Source of the DNA: an uncultured Chloroflexia bacterium
Lineage (GTDB): Bacteria > Chloroflexota > Dehalococcoidia > DSTF01 > JALHUB01
Assembly: GCA_963703345.1 (NCBI GenBank)
Contig: OY969814.1
Location: forward strand, 1,856,001 to 1,920,000
DNA length: 64,000 nucleotides
Direction of reading: 5' to 3'
The notes under the pieces are model-generated. The model was not told where the DNA came from and did no database searches. It saw nothing but the letters and a program-made list of their open reading frames with translations. The position numbers and the translations under genes were made by a program. Shown in pieces: positions 52,001 through 60,886 of the stretch; the stretch's first letter is position 1; each line of letters begins with the position of its first letter.

Positions 52001-52476
52001 ACCGGTATGTCATTGGCCAAGGGATCGCTCAGAAAGGTGGGATCGATGAAATCCAGAGGGCTCACTCCTTCGACGAGAGCGTTGAAAGTCATCGTCGCGA
52101 CCTCACCAGAGCCGTCAACGCCAACTAGCCCATCGAACGAATAACAACCGAATGTCACTTTCCCCAGGGTCGTGTTCACGATAGCGTTGGGACATTCCAC
52201 GGTTCGTCCGCTGCTTCCCAGGAACGGTCCCTCCGTTGCCGTCTGGAAGGCAACCAGGCTCGGGTCAAACTGGAGGGTGAACTCGAAAGAGCCCAGGTTG
52301 GAGACATCGTCCAGCATCACATTGACGCTGAACGAATCCCCTGCGCTCACGTTTTGAGTAGACGGGTCGAGGCGGACGACGGCCTGTTGGGCGGAAACGA
52401 AGCTGAAGTGGTAAGCCAGGAACAGGGCGCCTGCCATCAGCGCCACGCCGAGAAGAATGCCGCGCCATGCCTTCAT
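49045..52476 (-). CDS. Multi-cohesin/dockerin surface protein with PT linkers and TM anchors
   Basis: Signal peptide; five repeats of ..F.V....V..LG.F.F.L.FDP..GPFLGS.GR..C..C..G.G.LA; dockerin-like GDVNKDCQVNVID; C-terminal TM + RRRR. Confidence 0.82.
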   Translation of the reverse strand: MKAWRGILLGVALMAGALFLAYHFSFVSAQQAVVRLDPSTQNVSAGDSFSVNVMLDDVSNLGSFEFTLQFDPSLVAFQTATEGPFLGSSGRTVECPNAIVNTTLGKVTFGCYSFDGLVGVDGSGEVATMTFNALVEGVSPLDFIDPTFLSDPLANDIPVVAENGQVTIGFPTPRPTSTPVVPTPSPTPGPTCEGAPAGVVACLRPAGQTAFNGSDFSIDLMVNNVADLGAFQASIQFDPVIASFVGAKYGPFLGSTGRSVSCDAATPSPTGNSVRLVCRTLGTHPPGPDGNGVLATITFSAIREGIGLMNLSDFVLTDIQATVIPTDALLGASVVVQPAPTPTYGPSPTPTDTPTATETVPPTATFTVGPSPTPTATLTPRATWTPGPAAPTPTNTPVGGAVTISVAPAWQQANVSVPFSVNATVDGVTDLGAYELTLDFDPAFLQVASVKNGPFLGSSGRGPSCLPPDIFGTKVRTVCLTLGPEPAGASGSGVLSILTFVPLQTGDTQVTVEKAILTNPMAGTIAVSIGGQASVTIGPAPTPTDTPLPTETYTPGPSQTPTSTATAGNEPPTPTPTLAPNVPAVLIDPPSQSVRVGDYFVVDVMARDVSNVAAYDFTVQFDPNILILSGISNGTFLGSTRRGVFCPTPTVSDRQVRFGCVSSGSAPGASGTGLLAEITFRALALGTSSLDLPAYALADPFGNTISAKAAGGSVSVSATGSVPPASKVAPRYAAVAVLLTGMAGLLVRPTGRKRSKKRIKGRAPKQPRGAGSNEIVLAKDAMMRAERGFRQLLRGCRAALSGAVVRRRGRVRIPAAFALTVTGVFGLWLVLAARVQTPSAATAADPIVLSISPSSANLWQCSGGPTDCTHDGEGKLVLADEVANVPAGTQVGGFEFTVYYDRNVVSASASEGPFLASTGRQTQCRQDQTESSLSIACTSTGSQPGPTGPGVLAYLTLTPTVTIRPTLGNGMLTNVTQSGAELSDVLRNPILIDQVSGSTILVRALEGDVNKDCQVNVIDEQAGSGRYGSSLGQWPYNIWFDLEPATGDYDIDIKDLQFVSGRYQRTCAGSVPTPTPTPTPTPVRVSGAVGGIAEPPDIAPGSPEATEPSSATDYVPWAEMAAGAVGAITVGAGLWYVRRRRAA

Positions 52477-52551
52477 AACTAATATTACGGGTGCCACCGC
52501 CGGGGCCACCTTCTTCCGTATAGAGTCCTGCCGCCGCTCCTCGCTAGAGAG

Positions 52552-52700
52552 AAAAGCAAAGAAGCCAACCAGCGATGCGCTGGTCGGCTTCCCTTCCGGC
52601 TTGTCTGGAGACGCTTCTCCGGGCCCGTGCCGACAGCCCAGCCACCATGGCTGTCGCAGCCCCTTCTCGCGACTATTCGTCCATGCCCATAGGGGAGAGG
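52552..52700 (-). promoter_or_regulatory. Structured 5' leader with intrinsic terminator (candidate riboswitch/attenuator)
   Basis: Minus strand hairpins CGACAGCC/GGCTGTCG and GGAGA/TCTCC, then GAAGCCGACCAGCG-cat-CGCTGGTTGGCTTC-TTTGCTTTT before the start codon. Confidence 0.6.
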
Positions 52701-52761
52701 AGCAGTCGCGCAGTTCTATACTGTCAGCAGCAGGATTGTCTTGTCAAGACCCCTCTAGGCC

Positions 52762-52871
52762 CACCATCTGACCCTCCCCCAAGATTCGGTGAGCAGCGCC
52801 CGAGTGCGGGCCGAACGGCTCGCGGACTTTTAATCCGGGAGTCGAGGGTTCGAATCCCTCACGGCCCTCCA
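52762..52871 (+). repeat. Site 2: 5'-truncated arm + tRNA-Lys 3' half ending TCCA
   Basis: Near-identical to site 1 from CACCATCTGAC onward. Confidence 0.85.
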
Positions 52872-53079
52872 GACGGCTTTTTTCAGATTCGATTTCCGCT
52901 CTCAAGGGCTGCTTGTTCTTCGCCTAACCCATGATTTGTCGCCTCGGCCAACCCAACCTGACCACCGGACTTGAAGTTTATGAGCCTAAAGACTGAGAGC
53001 CCTTGGCATTCGAGAGCTCTCCCGCAGATACGATTGCCGCGTCTGCAGGCCCCCTCCTCTTCGCCCGCCTCTCCCGGTT

Positions 53080-53134
53080 GAGCACCGGATTCCAAGTCCG
53101 GGAGTCGAGGGTTCGAACCCCTCACGGCCCTCCA
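53080..53134 (+). repeat. Site 3: tRNA-Lys-type 3' part with altered anticodon loop (TTCCAAG)
   Basis: GAGCA-CCGGA-TTCCAAG-TCCGG-GAGTC-GAGGGTTCGAACCCCTC-ACGGCCC-TCCA. Confidence 0.8.
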
Positions 53135-53263
53135 GAGCCCTCTTTCAGATTCGAAATCCGCCTTTCGCCCTGAAAGGCTTTCCGTGCACACAGCGGAGTT
53201 TTGGTGTAGCATCTCGGCATCGTCCGTCTGTGGGTCGTACCACTAGTTCGACAGGGGGTCAAC

Positions 53264-54595
53264 ATGCCATCGAGAAGAAAGCTCTGCCGGATGGCGCTGA
53301 GCGTGACATTCATCGCCATCGTCTTTTCGCTCACGGCCTGTGGCGGGAACGGGTCGTCCAAGCCGAGCGCGGAAGGGACGCCTGACACGACGGGTGTTAC
53401 CGACACCGAGATAACCCTAGGTACCCACTACCCCCTCAGCGGCAACCCGGCCGCCGCCTACGCAGTCATCGCCTACGGAATGAAGGCATTCTTCAACTAT
53501 ATCAATGCTCAGGGCGGCGTCTATGGCCGAAAGATCAACTTTATCATCGCCGATGACCACTACAACCCCCCTGACACGGTCGAGGTCGTCCACCAGCTCG
53601 TGGAGCAGGACCACGTCTTTGGCATCATCAGCGGTCTGGGCGAAGAGACGCACCTGGCTGTCTACAAGTACCTGGAGGAACGGGGCATTCCGGACATGTA
53701 TCTCTCCACCGGCCTCGTAGCGTGGTCTGACCCCGTTGCGCACAGCCGGTTCGCCGGAAACCCGAACTACATCATTGATGGCACTTTCCTCGGCAATTAC
53801 ATTGCAAAGACCTACCCCAATGGTAAGCTGGGCATCCTTGAGCAAAACGACGCGTTGGGCCAGGAAGGGGAAAAGGGGCTGCGGCAGGGGCTGGAAGGCA
53901 GCAACGTTGAGATTGCGGATGTGGAGAAGTATGAAGCGAGCGCTAACGACGTCTCTGCCCAGACCCAGCGGCTGAAAGCCAGCGGTGTGGATGTGCTGGC
54001 TGCGTTTGCGATGCCGGGCCAGGGCGCCAGCCTCGTGAAGACGGCGCACGAAACGCTGAACTGGAAGGTTCCTATCGCAGTAAGCGCAATCGATGTGAGC
54101 GATATTTTCATTCTGCTGGCCGGTGCTCAGAATGCGGAGGGCGTAGTAAGCGACACCTTCGGCATGCAGGTATACGACACTGAAGATCCGGGCATCCAGA
54201 AATACATGAAGATATGGGACAAGTTCCACAACGGCGTCACCGGGCCCCTGACGGACCTAGAGGAGTATGGCATGTCCAGGGCGGAGGACGTGGTATGGGA
54301 CCTCGAGATGGCCGGGAAGGACCTCTCGCGCCAGTCCTTCCTTGACGCCGCCGAAAAGATGTGCCGCGTGGACTGCTCCGTGTGCGCTCCTTGGAGCCTT
54401 GAATCCACCAGCCCGACGGACCACAAGGTATCCGAGACGCTGATCCTCAACACAGTGGTGAACGGCAAGTGGCAGACATCGGGCGACCCAGTTAGCTATG
54501 AGTCGACGAAAGAGTGCACACCGGCGACACCTCCTGACGGCTTTGATCAACAGCCGAAGCTGGGGAAGGACGCGGCCTACGTGGAGACTCCTTAG
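53264..54595 (+). CDS. ABC transporter substrate-binding lipoprotein (LivJ-like, Peripla_BP_6)
   Basis: LTAC lipobox; GVTDTEI.LG..PLSG; INAQGGVYGRKI..DD.YNP; no permease genes adjacent. Confidence 0.88.
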   Translation: MPSRRKLCRMALSVTFIAIVFSLTACGGNGSSKPSAEGTPDTTGVTDTEITLGTHYPLSGNPAAAYAVIAYGMKAFFNYINAQGGVYGRKINFIIADDHYNPPDTVEVVHQLVEQDHVFGIISGLGEETHLAVYKYLEERGIPDMYLSTGLVAWSDPVAHSRFAGNPNYIIDGTFLGNYIAKTYPNGKLGILEQNDALGQEGEKGLRQGLEGSNVEIADVEKYEASANDVSAQTQRLKASGVDVLAAFAMPGQGASLVKTAHETLNWKVPIAVSAIDVSDIFILLAGAQNAEGVVSDTFGMQVYDTEDPGIQKYMKIWDKFHNGVTGPLTDLEEYGMSRAEDVVWDLEMAGKDLSRQSFLDAAEKMCRVDCSVCAPWSLESTSPTDHKVSETLILNTVVNGKWQTSGDPVSYESTKECTPATPPDGFDQQPKLGKDAAYVETP

Positions 54596-54626
54596 AGGCT
54601 CTAGGCTCGACAATGAGGGGGCGAGC

Positions 54627-54759
54627 TAGAATCCGGTCGTCAGGTGCCACGCGGGCAAGACGGCGGGATTCGACCTCGCAGAGCGCCATCTGACCCTTCC
54701 CACAGATTCGGCGAGCGGTGCCGGATACGGGCCGAACGGTGAACGGACTTTTAATCCGG
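54627..54759 (+). repeat. Site 4: full structured arm ending at the anticodon stem-loop, no T-arm
   Basis: TAGAAT..GTCAGGTGCCACGCGGGCAAG..CATCTGACCCTTCCC..TTCGGC..GCCGAACGG..CGGACTTTTAATCCGG, then unrelated sequence. Confidence 0.85.
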
Positions 54760-55083
54760 CCGTCAGAGAGCGAATAAGTGATCATGCCCTTTCAACGCAC
54801 ACCATGCGTGCATCGTGTGCGGCGTTCGTGGGAACTGGTTGCCTTACCAAGCAGAGGGCCGCGGCCTCGAGTCCCCGTTTCCCGCTCGAAGTTCTCCTTT
54901 CCGGTCACACCCCTTCGGCGGCCGCGTACGGCTGGGCCAGAGGCGCACTTGGGCAGCCTGAGCGGTGGAGTCGGCTGGGGGTCTCGCCGGCCTGCGGTCG
55001 TCGGGAGCTAATAGGAACCTGTCCTCTTGACATCGTTAGCAAACGCAGTAATATTGCGTCATCCGGAGCTACGGGTGGCTACG

Positions 55084-58000
55084 ATGGCACACGAGATCCC
55101 TGAAGGCACCGTCACCGTCCTCTTCACCGACGTGGAAGGCTCCACCGATCTGACGACCCGCCGCGGTGACGAGGCCGCACAGGCGATACTGCGCACCCAG
55201 CGGGAGTTGGTGCGTCAGCAGGTCGAGGAGCACTGCGGCCACGAGGTCAAGTCCCTGGGCGATGGCTTCATGGTAGCTTTCGCCTCGGCGCGAAAGGCTG
55301 TGGCCTGCGCCGTCGGCATCCAGCGGGCCCTGGAGGAGCACAACCGACAGCATCCTGACCAGCAGGTACAGGTGCGGATCGGCCTGAACACGGGGGAGGC
55401 GATCCGAGAGGAGGCGGACCTGTTCGGCGAGGCGGTAAACGCCGCTGCCCGCATCGCTGCCAAGGCTAAGGGCGGCCAGATCCTGCTCTCTGAAGCCGTG
55501 CGGGCCGTCCTGGGCCGGGCCAGAGACGTTGAGCTCGTCGATTGCGGCCGCTTTCGCCTCAAGGGTTTCCCCGAACGCTGGCATCTCTACGAAGCCATCT
55601 GGCAGAAGGCGGAGGGGCCCATTGCGGTCCTGCCGGCTGTTGCGGAGCGAACGCCCTTCGTGGGCCGGGAGAGCGAGCGGGCCGAGCTGCGGCGCCTCCT
55701 CGACCAGACCGTCCGCGGCCAGGGCGCCCTGGTCATGATCGGCGGCGAGCCCGGCGTCGGCAAGACGCGACTAGCTGAAGAGTTCCTGCTGGAGACCGGC
55801 CAGCGTGGCGTGCTGGCCCTGACCGGCCACTGCTACGAGATGGCAGGGGCATCGCCCTATATTCCCTTCGTGGAGATACTGGAGACCGCGGCCCGCGTGA
55901 TCCCGGCGGTTGCTTTGCGTGACGCCCTGGGCGACTCCGCGCCGGAGGTGGCCAAGCTCGCGCCGGAGCTCCGCCGTTTCTTCCCCGACATCCCGCCGCC
56001 TCTGGAGCTGCCACCGGAGCAGGAGCGCCGCTACCTGTTCAACCGCGTGCTCGAGTTCCTGCAGCGGACGGCCCAGAGACAGCCCCTTCTCCTGATGCTA
56101 GATGACCTGCACTGGGGTGACGACTCGACCCTGCTGCTCCTCCAGCACATCACCCAGCGTCTCCATGAGATGCCTGTCCTCATCGTGGGGACTTATCGAG
56201 ACGTGGAGCTGGACGTGAGTAAGCCGCTAGGTGCGGCCCTGCGGGAACTGACGCGCCAGCGCTTAGCTCATCATCTGGCCCTCAAGCGGCTGCCTGAGGC
56301 AGACGTGGAGGCGATGCTGCGGGGCCTTAGCGGCCAGGAGCCGCCGAGCTTCCTTGCGCAGGAGGTCTACCGCGAGACGGAGGGCAACCCTTTCTTCGTC
56401 GAGGAGGTGTTCCAGCATCTGACGGAGGAGGGGAAGCTGTTCGACCAACAGGGCCGCTGGCGCTCCGACCTCCGCATCGGCGAGCTGGAGGTGCCGCGCA
56501 GCGTCCGCCTGGTCGTCGGCCAGCGACTGGAGCGCGTCTGCGAGGACTGCCGCCGCGTCCTGACCGTCGCCGCAGTCGTCGGCCGCGGCTTCAGCTTCGA
56601 ACTGCTGGAGGCGCTGGGCGACGTAGATGCCGACGCCCTCCTGGACGCCATCGACGAAGCGGAGCGGGCGCATCTCATCACCTCCACCGCCGACGGCCCT
56701 GAGGCCCGCTTCACCTTTGCCCACGAGCTCATCCGCCAGACGCTGGTCAGCAGCCTCTCCCTGCCCCGCCGGCAGCGGTGGCACCTGCGGGTGGCCGAGG
56801 CCATGGAGCGGCTCTACGCCCGCGCCCTGGAGGAGCACGGTGCCGAGCTGGCCCACCACCTCTACCAGGCGGGGGCCGCCGCCGACCCCGAGAAGACTGT
56901 GCGCTACCTGGCGGTGGCCGGCGACCAGGCCATGAAGGCAGCGGCGTTCGAGGACGCCCTGCGCCACTACGAGAACGCCCTCTCCCTGCACCCGGCCGAT
57001 GACCGGCAGGGGCGGGCTGACCTGCTGCACAAGCGGGGGCAGGCTCTCCGCAGCCTGGGTCGCTGGGAGGAGGCGCTGGCCGACTGGCGGCAGGCGCTGG
57101 CCGCCTACGAGGAGCTGGGCGACGCCCAGGCGGCGGGCCGCATCTGCCAGGGGTTATCCGCGCTGCTGGCCTATGCAGCCCGCTGGGACGAAGCGGTGGA
57201 GCTCGCCCGCCGCGGCCTTGGCGCGCGGGGCCAACAGGTGAGCGTCGACCGCTGCCGCCTCCTCGCCCAGACCGGGACCCACCTCAGCCTCTCCGGAGAC
57301 CACGACACCGGCGCACCCTTGCTCACCGAGGCGCTCGCCATGGCCGAGGAGTTGGGTGACCGGCGCCTGCTGGGATTGGTCCTCTTCGGCAAGGGGATGG
57401 TTCACTACTGGTACCTGCAGCCGCGGGAGGCGGTCGAGTCCGGCCTGCGGGCGGCCGAGCTCTTGCGCTCGGCCGGCAGCCTCTGGAGTCTGGCCGAAGT
57501 GCTGTGGGTCACGCAGCACGCCCTGCTGTTGCTCGGCCGCTATGACGAAGCCGCAAAGATGGGCGAGGAGGCGGAGCCCCTGGCGGAGCGCCTGGGCCAC
57601 CTGTTCGCCCTTGTGTTGACCAGGCGCGCTAGCGGCGGCGTAGATCTCCAGCTGACGGGCGACATCAACAGGTTCGAGGAGTTTGTGAAGGCGGACCTGG
57701 AGCTCTGCCGCAGAACCGGCTACCCCGGGATATCCAACTCCTACACCTGGCTTGGCATGGCGCATTTCTGGAGGGGAGAGTGGGGGCAGGCGCTGGAGAG
57801 CTTGGAGGAGGGCGTTAGGCTGGAGCCCCCGGGCCCGTTGGCTGGCTTGGCCTGGGCCGACCTGTTCCTCGGTAAGGCGTACGTTGGGGACGGGGATTCA
57901 GCTCTCGCCATGCTGGACGACAGGATGTCCTGCCTCCCCCACCCCAGCCGGGCCAATACGCTCGGCACCTGGGTGATGCTGTTCGCGGCGGTCGAAGGGC

Positions 58001-58377
58001 TGGCTGCCCTCGGCGAACGAGAGAAGGCCGCGAAGCTCTACCCGTTGGTCCTGGAGGCCGTCGATACCGGCTGCGTCGCACGATCGTCGATGCTCGGACT
58101 GCTTCAGACCGTAGCCGGCATGGCGGCGGCGGCCGGGAGGCAGTGGAAGAAGGCGGGGGAGCACTACAAGGAGGCCCTTCGTCTAGCCCACGAGCTGCCG
58201 GTCGTCGGCGAGCAGCCGGAGGTGCGGCGCTGGTACGCCCGCATGCTCATCGACCGCGACGCCCCCGGCGACCGCAAGAAGGCTCGCGAACTGCTCTCCG
58301 AAGCCGTCGCGATGTACCGCCGCATCGGCATGCCCAAGCACGTAGAGATGGCGGAAGCGCTGCTGGCCGGGATCTAG
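55084..58377 (+). CDS. Class III adenylate cyclase + STAND (AAA_16) ATPase + TPR-like protein
   Basis: FTDVEGST, KSLGDG, DLFGEAVNAAAR; FVGRESE, GEPGVGKTRL, LDDLHW, TEGNPFF. Confidence 0.9.
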   Translation: MAHEIPEGTVTVLFTDVEGSTDLTTRRGDEAAQAILRTQRELVRQQVEEHCGHEVKSLGDGFMVAFASARKAVACAVGIQRALEEHNRQHPDQQVQVRIGLNTGEAIREEADLFGEAVNAAARIAAKAKGGQILLSEAVRAVLGRARDVELVDCGRFRLKGFPERWHLYEAIWQKAEGPIAVLPAVAERTPFVGRESERAELRRLLDQTVRGQGALVMIGGEPGVGKTRLAEEFLLETGQRGVLALTGHCYEMAGASPYIPFVEILETAARVIPAVALRDALGDSAPEVAKLAPELRRFFPDIPPPLELPPEQERRYLFNRVLEFLQRTAQRQPLLLMLDDLHWGDDSTLLLLQHITQRLHEMPVLIVGTYRDVELDVSKPLGAALRELTRQRLAHHLALKRLPEADVEAMLRGLSGQEPPSFLAQEVYRETEGNPFFVEEVFQHLTEEGKLFDQQGRWRSDLRIGELEVPRSVRLVVGQRLERVCEDCRRVLTVAAVVGRGFSFELLEALGDVDADALLDAIDEAERAHLITSTADGPEARFTFAHELIRQTLVSSLSLPRRQRWHLRVAEAMERLYARALEEHGAELAHHLYQAGAAADPEKTVRYLAVAGDQAMKAAAFEDALRHYENALSLHPADDRQGRADLLHKRGQALRSLGRWEEALADWRQALAAYEELGDAQAAGRICQGLSALLAYAARWDEAVELARRGLGARGQQVSVDRCRLLAQTGTHLSLSGDHDTGAPLLTEALAMAEELGDRRLLGLVLFGKGMVHYWYLQPREAVESGLRAAELLRSAGSLWSLAEVLWVTQHALLLLGRYDEAAKMGEEAEPLAERLGHLFALVLTRRASGGVDLQLTGDINRFEEFVKADLELCRRTGYPGISNSYTWLGMAHFWRGEWGQALESLEEGVRLEPPGPLAGLAWADLFLGKAYVGDGDSALAMLDDRMSCLPHPSRANTLGTWVMLFAAVEGLAALGEREKAAKLYPLVLEAVDTGCVARSSMLGLLQTVAGMAAAAGRQWKKAGEHYKEALRLAHELPVVGEQPEVRRWYARMLIDRDAPGDRKKARELLSEAVAMYRRIGMPKHVEMAEALLAGI

Positions 58378-58416
58378 TTCGTGGGGGCGCTCTCGATAGT
58401 GTAGGATGGGGTCGCC

Positions 58417-59760
58417 ATGGAGCCGCGCATCCAGTACGCCAGGACCGCCGATGGGGTGAGCATCGCCTTCTGGACGCTGGGGGAAGGCGTGCCCTTCGTG
58501 CAAATGCCAGGTCTTCCCTGGAGCCATATCCAATTGGAGTGGCAGATGCCCGGGATGCGCCGCAGTTACGAGCGGCTGGCTGAGAAGAGGAAGCTGGTCC
58601 GCTACGACGGGAGGGGGATGGGCCTTTCGGACCGCAACGTCGCCGACTACTCTTTCGACGCCCATGTTCTGGACCTGCAGGCGGTGGTGGAACGCCTGGG
58701 CCTGCAGAGATTTGTTCTGAGTGGCCATGTCACCTCATGCCCGATCGCCATCGCCTACGCGACCCGCCACCCGGAGGCCGTATCCCATCTTGTGCTTTGG
58801 TGCCCATGGTGGTGGTCACGGGAACCCCGCTCCCAAGCACTTTGGGCGCTGAGCAAGGTGGACTGGGAGCTATACACGGAGGCAATAGCGCATGCCATGT
58901 TGGGCTGGTCGACGGGTGAGGAAGCGCACCGCTTCGCTGCCTTCTGCAGGGAATGCACCACACTAGAGGCGTCACGCGCCACCTTTCGCGCGCTTGCGGA
59001 GTTTGATGTCACCCTTGTGCTTTCGCAAGTGAGGTCGCCTACCTTGATACTTCAGCGTCGCCAGGTCGCGGCGCTTCCCGGCCTGGACATCGCCAAAGGT
59101 CTTGCCTCCGGAATCCGGGATGCCCGCCTCGCTCTCCTGGAGGGAGAGGCGCTCCTCTGGTGGGCAGGCGACATGGAGGCGGTACTTGCGGCCATCGACC
59201 AGTTCCTGGGGGATAGCGAGCCCACCCCAGCCGGAGCCGAGCCGACCGCGGCAGGCGGCCTCTGCACCATCCTCTTCACGGACGTCGAGGGCTCGACGGC
59301 GCTGACCGAGCGGCTGGGGGACGCCAAGGCCCAGGAGCTCCTTCGCACCCACAACGGCATCGTCCGCGATGCGCTCAGGACCCACGGTGGCGCGGAGGTG
59401 AAGGCGATGGGGGACGGGTTCATGGCATCGTTCTCATCGGCGACGCGGGCGCTGGAGTGCGCCGTTGCCATGCAGAGGGCCTTCGCCGCCCACGATGATG
59501 AGCACCCAGAGACGCCGATACGCGTCCGCATCGGGCTGAACGCGGGTGAGCCGGTGGCGGAGGACCAGGACCTGTTCGGGACGGCGGTTCAGGTGGCAGC
59601 CCGCGTGTGTGCACACGCCCAGCCCTGCCAGATACTAGCCTCTAACGTTGTGCAGGAGCTTGCCGCTGGAAAAGGCTTCGCATTCTCCGATCAAGGGGAA
59701 GCTGCCCTGAAGGGACTTGACAAGCCGGTCCGGCTGTACGAGCTGCACTGGCAGACCTAG
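58417..59760 (+). CDS. Alpha/beta-hydrolase-fold sensor + class III adenylate cyclase (LipJ-like architecture)
   Basis: YARTADGVSIAF, YDGRGMGLSDR; FTDVEGST, KAMGDG, DLFG. Confidence 0.88.
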   Translation: MEPRIQYARTADGVSIAFWTLGEGVPFVQMPGLPWSHIQLEWQMPGMRRSYERLAEKRKLVRYDGRGMGLSDRNVADYSFDAHVLDLQAVVERLGLQRFVLSGHVTSCPIAIAYATRHPEAVSHLVLWCPWWWSREPRSQALWALSKVDWELYTEAIAHAMLGWSTGEEAHRFAAFCRECTTLEASRATFRALAEFDVTLVLSQVRSPTLILQRRQVAALPGLDIAKGLASGIRDARLALLEGEALLWWAGDMEAVLAAIDQFLGDSEPTPAGAEPTAAGGLCTILFTDVEGSTALTERLGDAKAQELLRTHNGIVRDALRTHGGAEVKAMGDGFMASFSSATRALECAVAMQRAFAAHDDEHPETPIRVRIGLNAGEPVAEDQDLFGTAVQVAARVCAHAQPCQILASNVVQELAAGKGFAFSDQGEAALKGLDKPVRLYELHWQT

Positions 59761-60084
59761 CGCTCACCGCTGCGCCCTTCAACACACACGATCCGGACAT
59801 GGTGTCGGCCCGAGACGGCACGTCCTCTGCGCGCTGCCCCGGCTCGCTTTCGGCAATCAAACGATCACGTGTCTAGGAGAGTCGTGGGGAGAGGAACGGG
59901 AATGAGGCCCTGGACCGCCCGGGGGGCCAGTCCACCTGCTTGTCACCCGATGACTCTCCGCCGTCATCCCCATTGGACTCGTTGCGGGGCTGGTGTTTGC
60001 CCTGACAGCGCGATATCATGCTGGCGGCGCTAAGAGCGCTTGCTGTCGCCGACCCCTTTGCTCGTGTCCAAAGGAGGCCCCATT

Positions 60085-60246
60085 GTGGAAGTGCTGCCAA
60101 CCCAATTGCTGCCTGCCGTACCCCACATCCAGTTCTCCATCTTCAACCTTGCAATTCCGAACATTGCCGCATGGGTAGCGCTTATCTTTGCCTTCGGCGC
60201 CGCGGCTTGGCTGCGCCTCCCGCGAATCTTCGAGCCCCGAGAGTGA
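60085..60246 (+). CDS. Small membrane protein heading the cytochrome b cluster
   Basis: AAAGGAGG SD before GTG; one TM helix. Confidence 0.6.
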   Translation: MEVLPTQLLPAVPHIQFSIFNLAIPNIAAWVALIFAFGAAAWLRLPRIFEPRE

Positions 60247-60253
60247 GACAGGG

Positions 60254-60886
60254 ATGAGTATGAACTTGACTCGGTCCGCGCAACGCTTCCTGACCGGCAA
60301 CCTCACCCTTGAGGACGCTTTGCCCACGAGGATGCCGGTGTACGTCAGTTCAGTCGCCTACCTCTTCGGCGTGACGGCGCTTTCCGCCATAGCAGTGCTG
60401 GTCGTTACGGGCCTGGCAATGAGCCTGTTCGGGCCAGAATGGTACCACGGTGGACAGGCGCCGGGATCAGGGGTGGGCCGCTTCGTCAACTCGATTCACT
60501 TCTGGAGCGCGCAACTCCTTTTCTTTGCGCTCATCGCCCACGTGGCGACCAAGTATGCGATGGCCGCCTGGCGGGACGGTCGCTGGAAGACATGGACCGT
60601 GGGCGCGCTGGCCCTAGGGGCTGCGATCTTCACCGCCCTCACAGGGTTTCTTGCCCAGACAAACTGGGACTCGCAGTGGATCGCCGTTCAAGCCAAGGAT
60701 GCTTTGAACGCAGTGGGCATTGGCGCGTTTTTCAACACGTTGAACCTAGGCCAGGTCTTAACCCTACACGTTGTCGCCTTGCCGCTCTTGCTCGCATTGT
60801 TGGTCGGAATCCACCTCTTCTTTATCCGTCGAGACGGCCCGGTAAAGCCGATCGACGCGAGGCCGCAAGATGAGCAATCGAACTGA
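60254..60886 (+). CDS. Cytochrome b/b6 N-terminal domain protein
   Basis: Four haem His: IHFWSAQ..AH and LHVV..IH. Confidence 0.85.
   Translation: MSMNLTRSAQRFLTGNLTLEDALPTRMPVYVSSVAYLFGVTALSAIAVLVVTGLAMSLFGPEWYHGGQAPGSGVGRFVNSIHFWSAQLLFFALIAHVATKYAMAAWRDGRWKTWTVGALALGAAIFTALTGFLAQTNWDSQWIAVQAKDALNAVGIGAFFNTLNLGQVLTLHVVALPLLLALLVGIHLFFIRRDGPVKPIDARPQDEQSN

Noticed and set aside
47067-54759. CRISPR array or classical integron attC sites
   Set aside because: Spacing is kilobases and irregular; no cas or intI genes; no RYYYAAC/GTTRRRY ends
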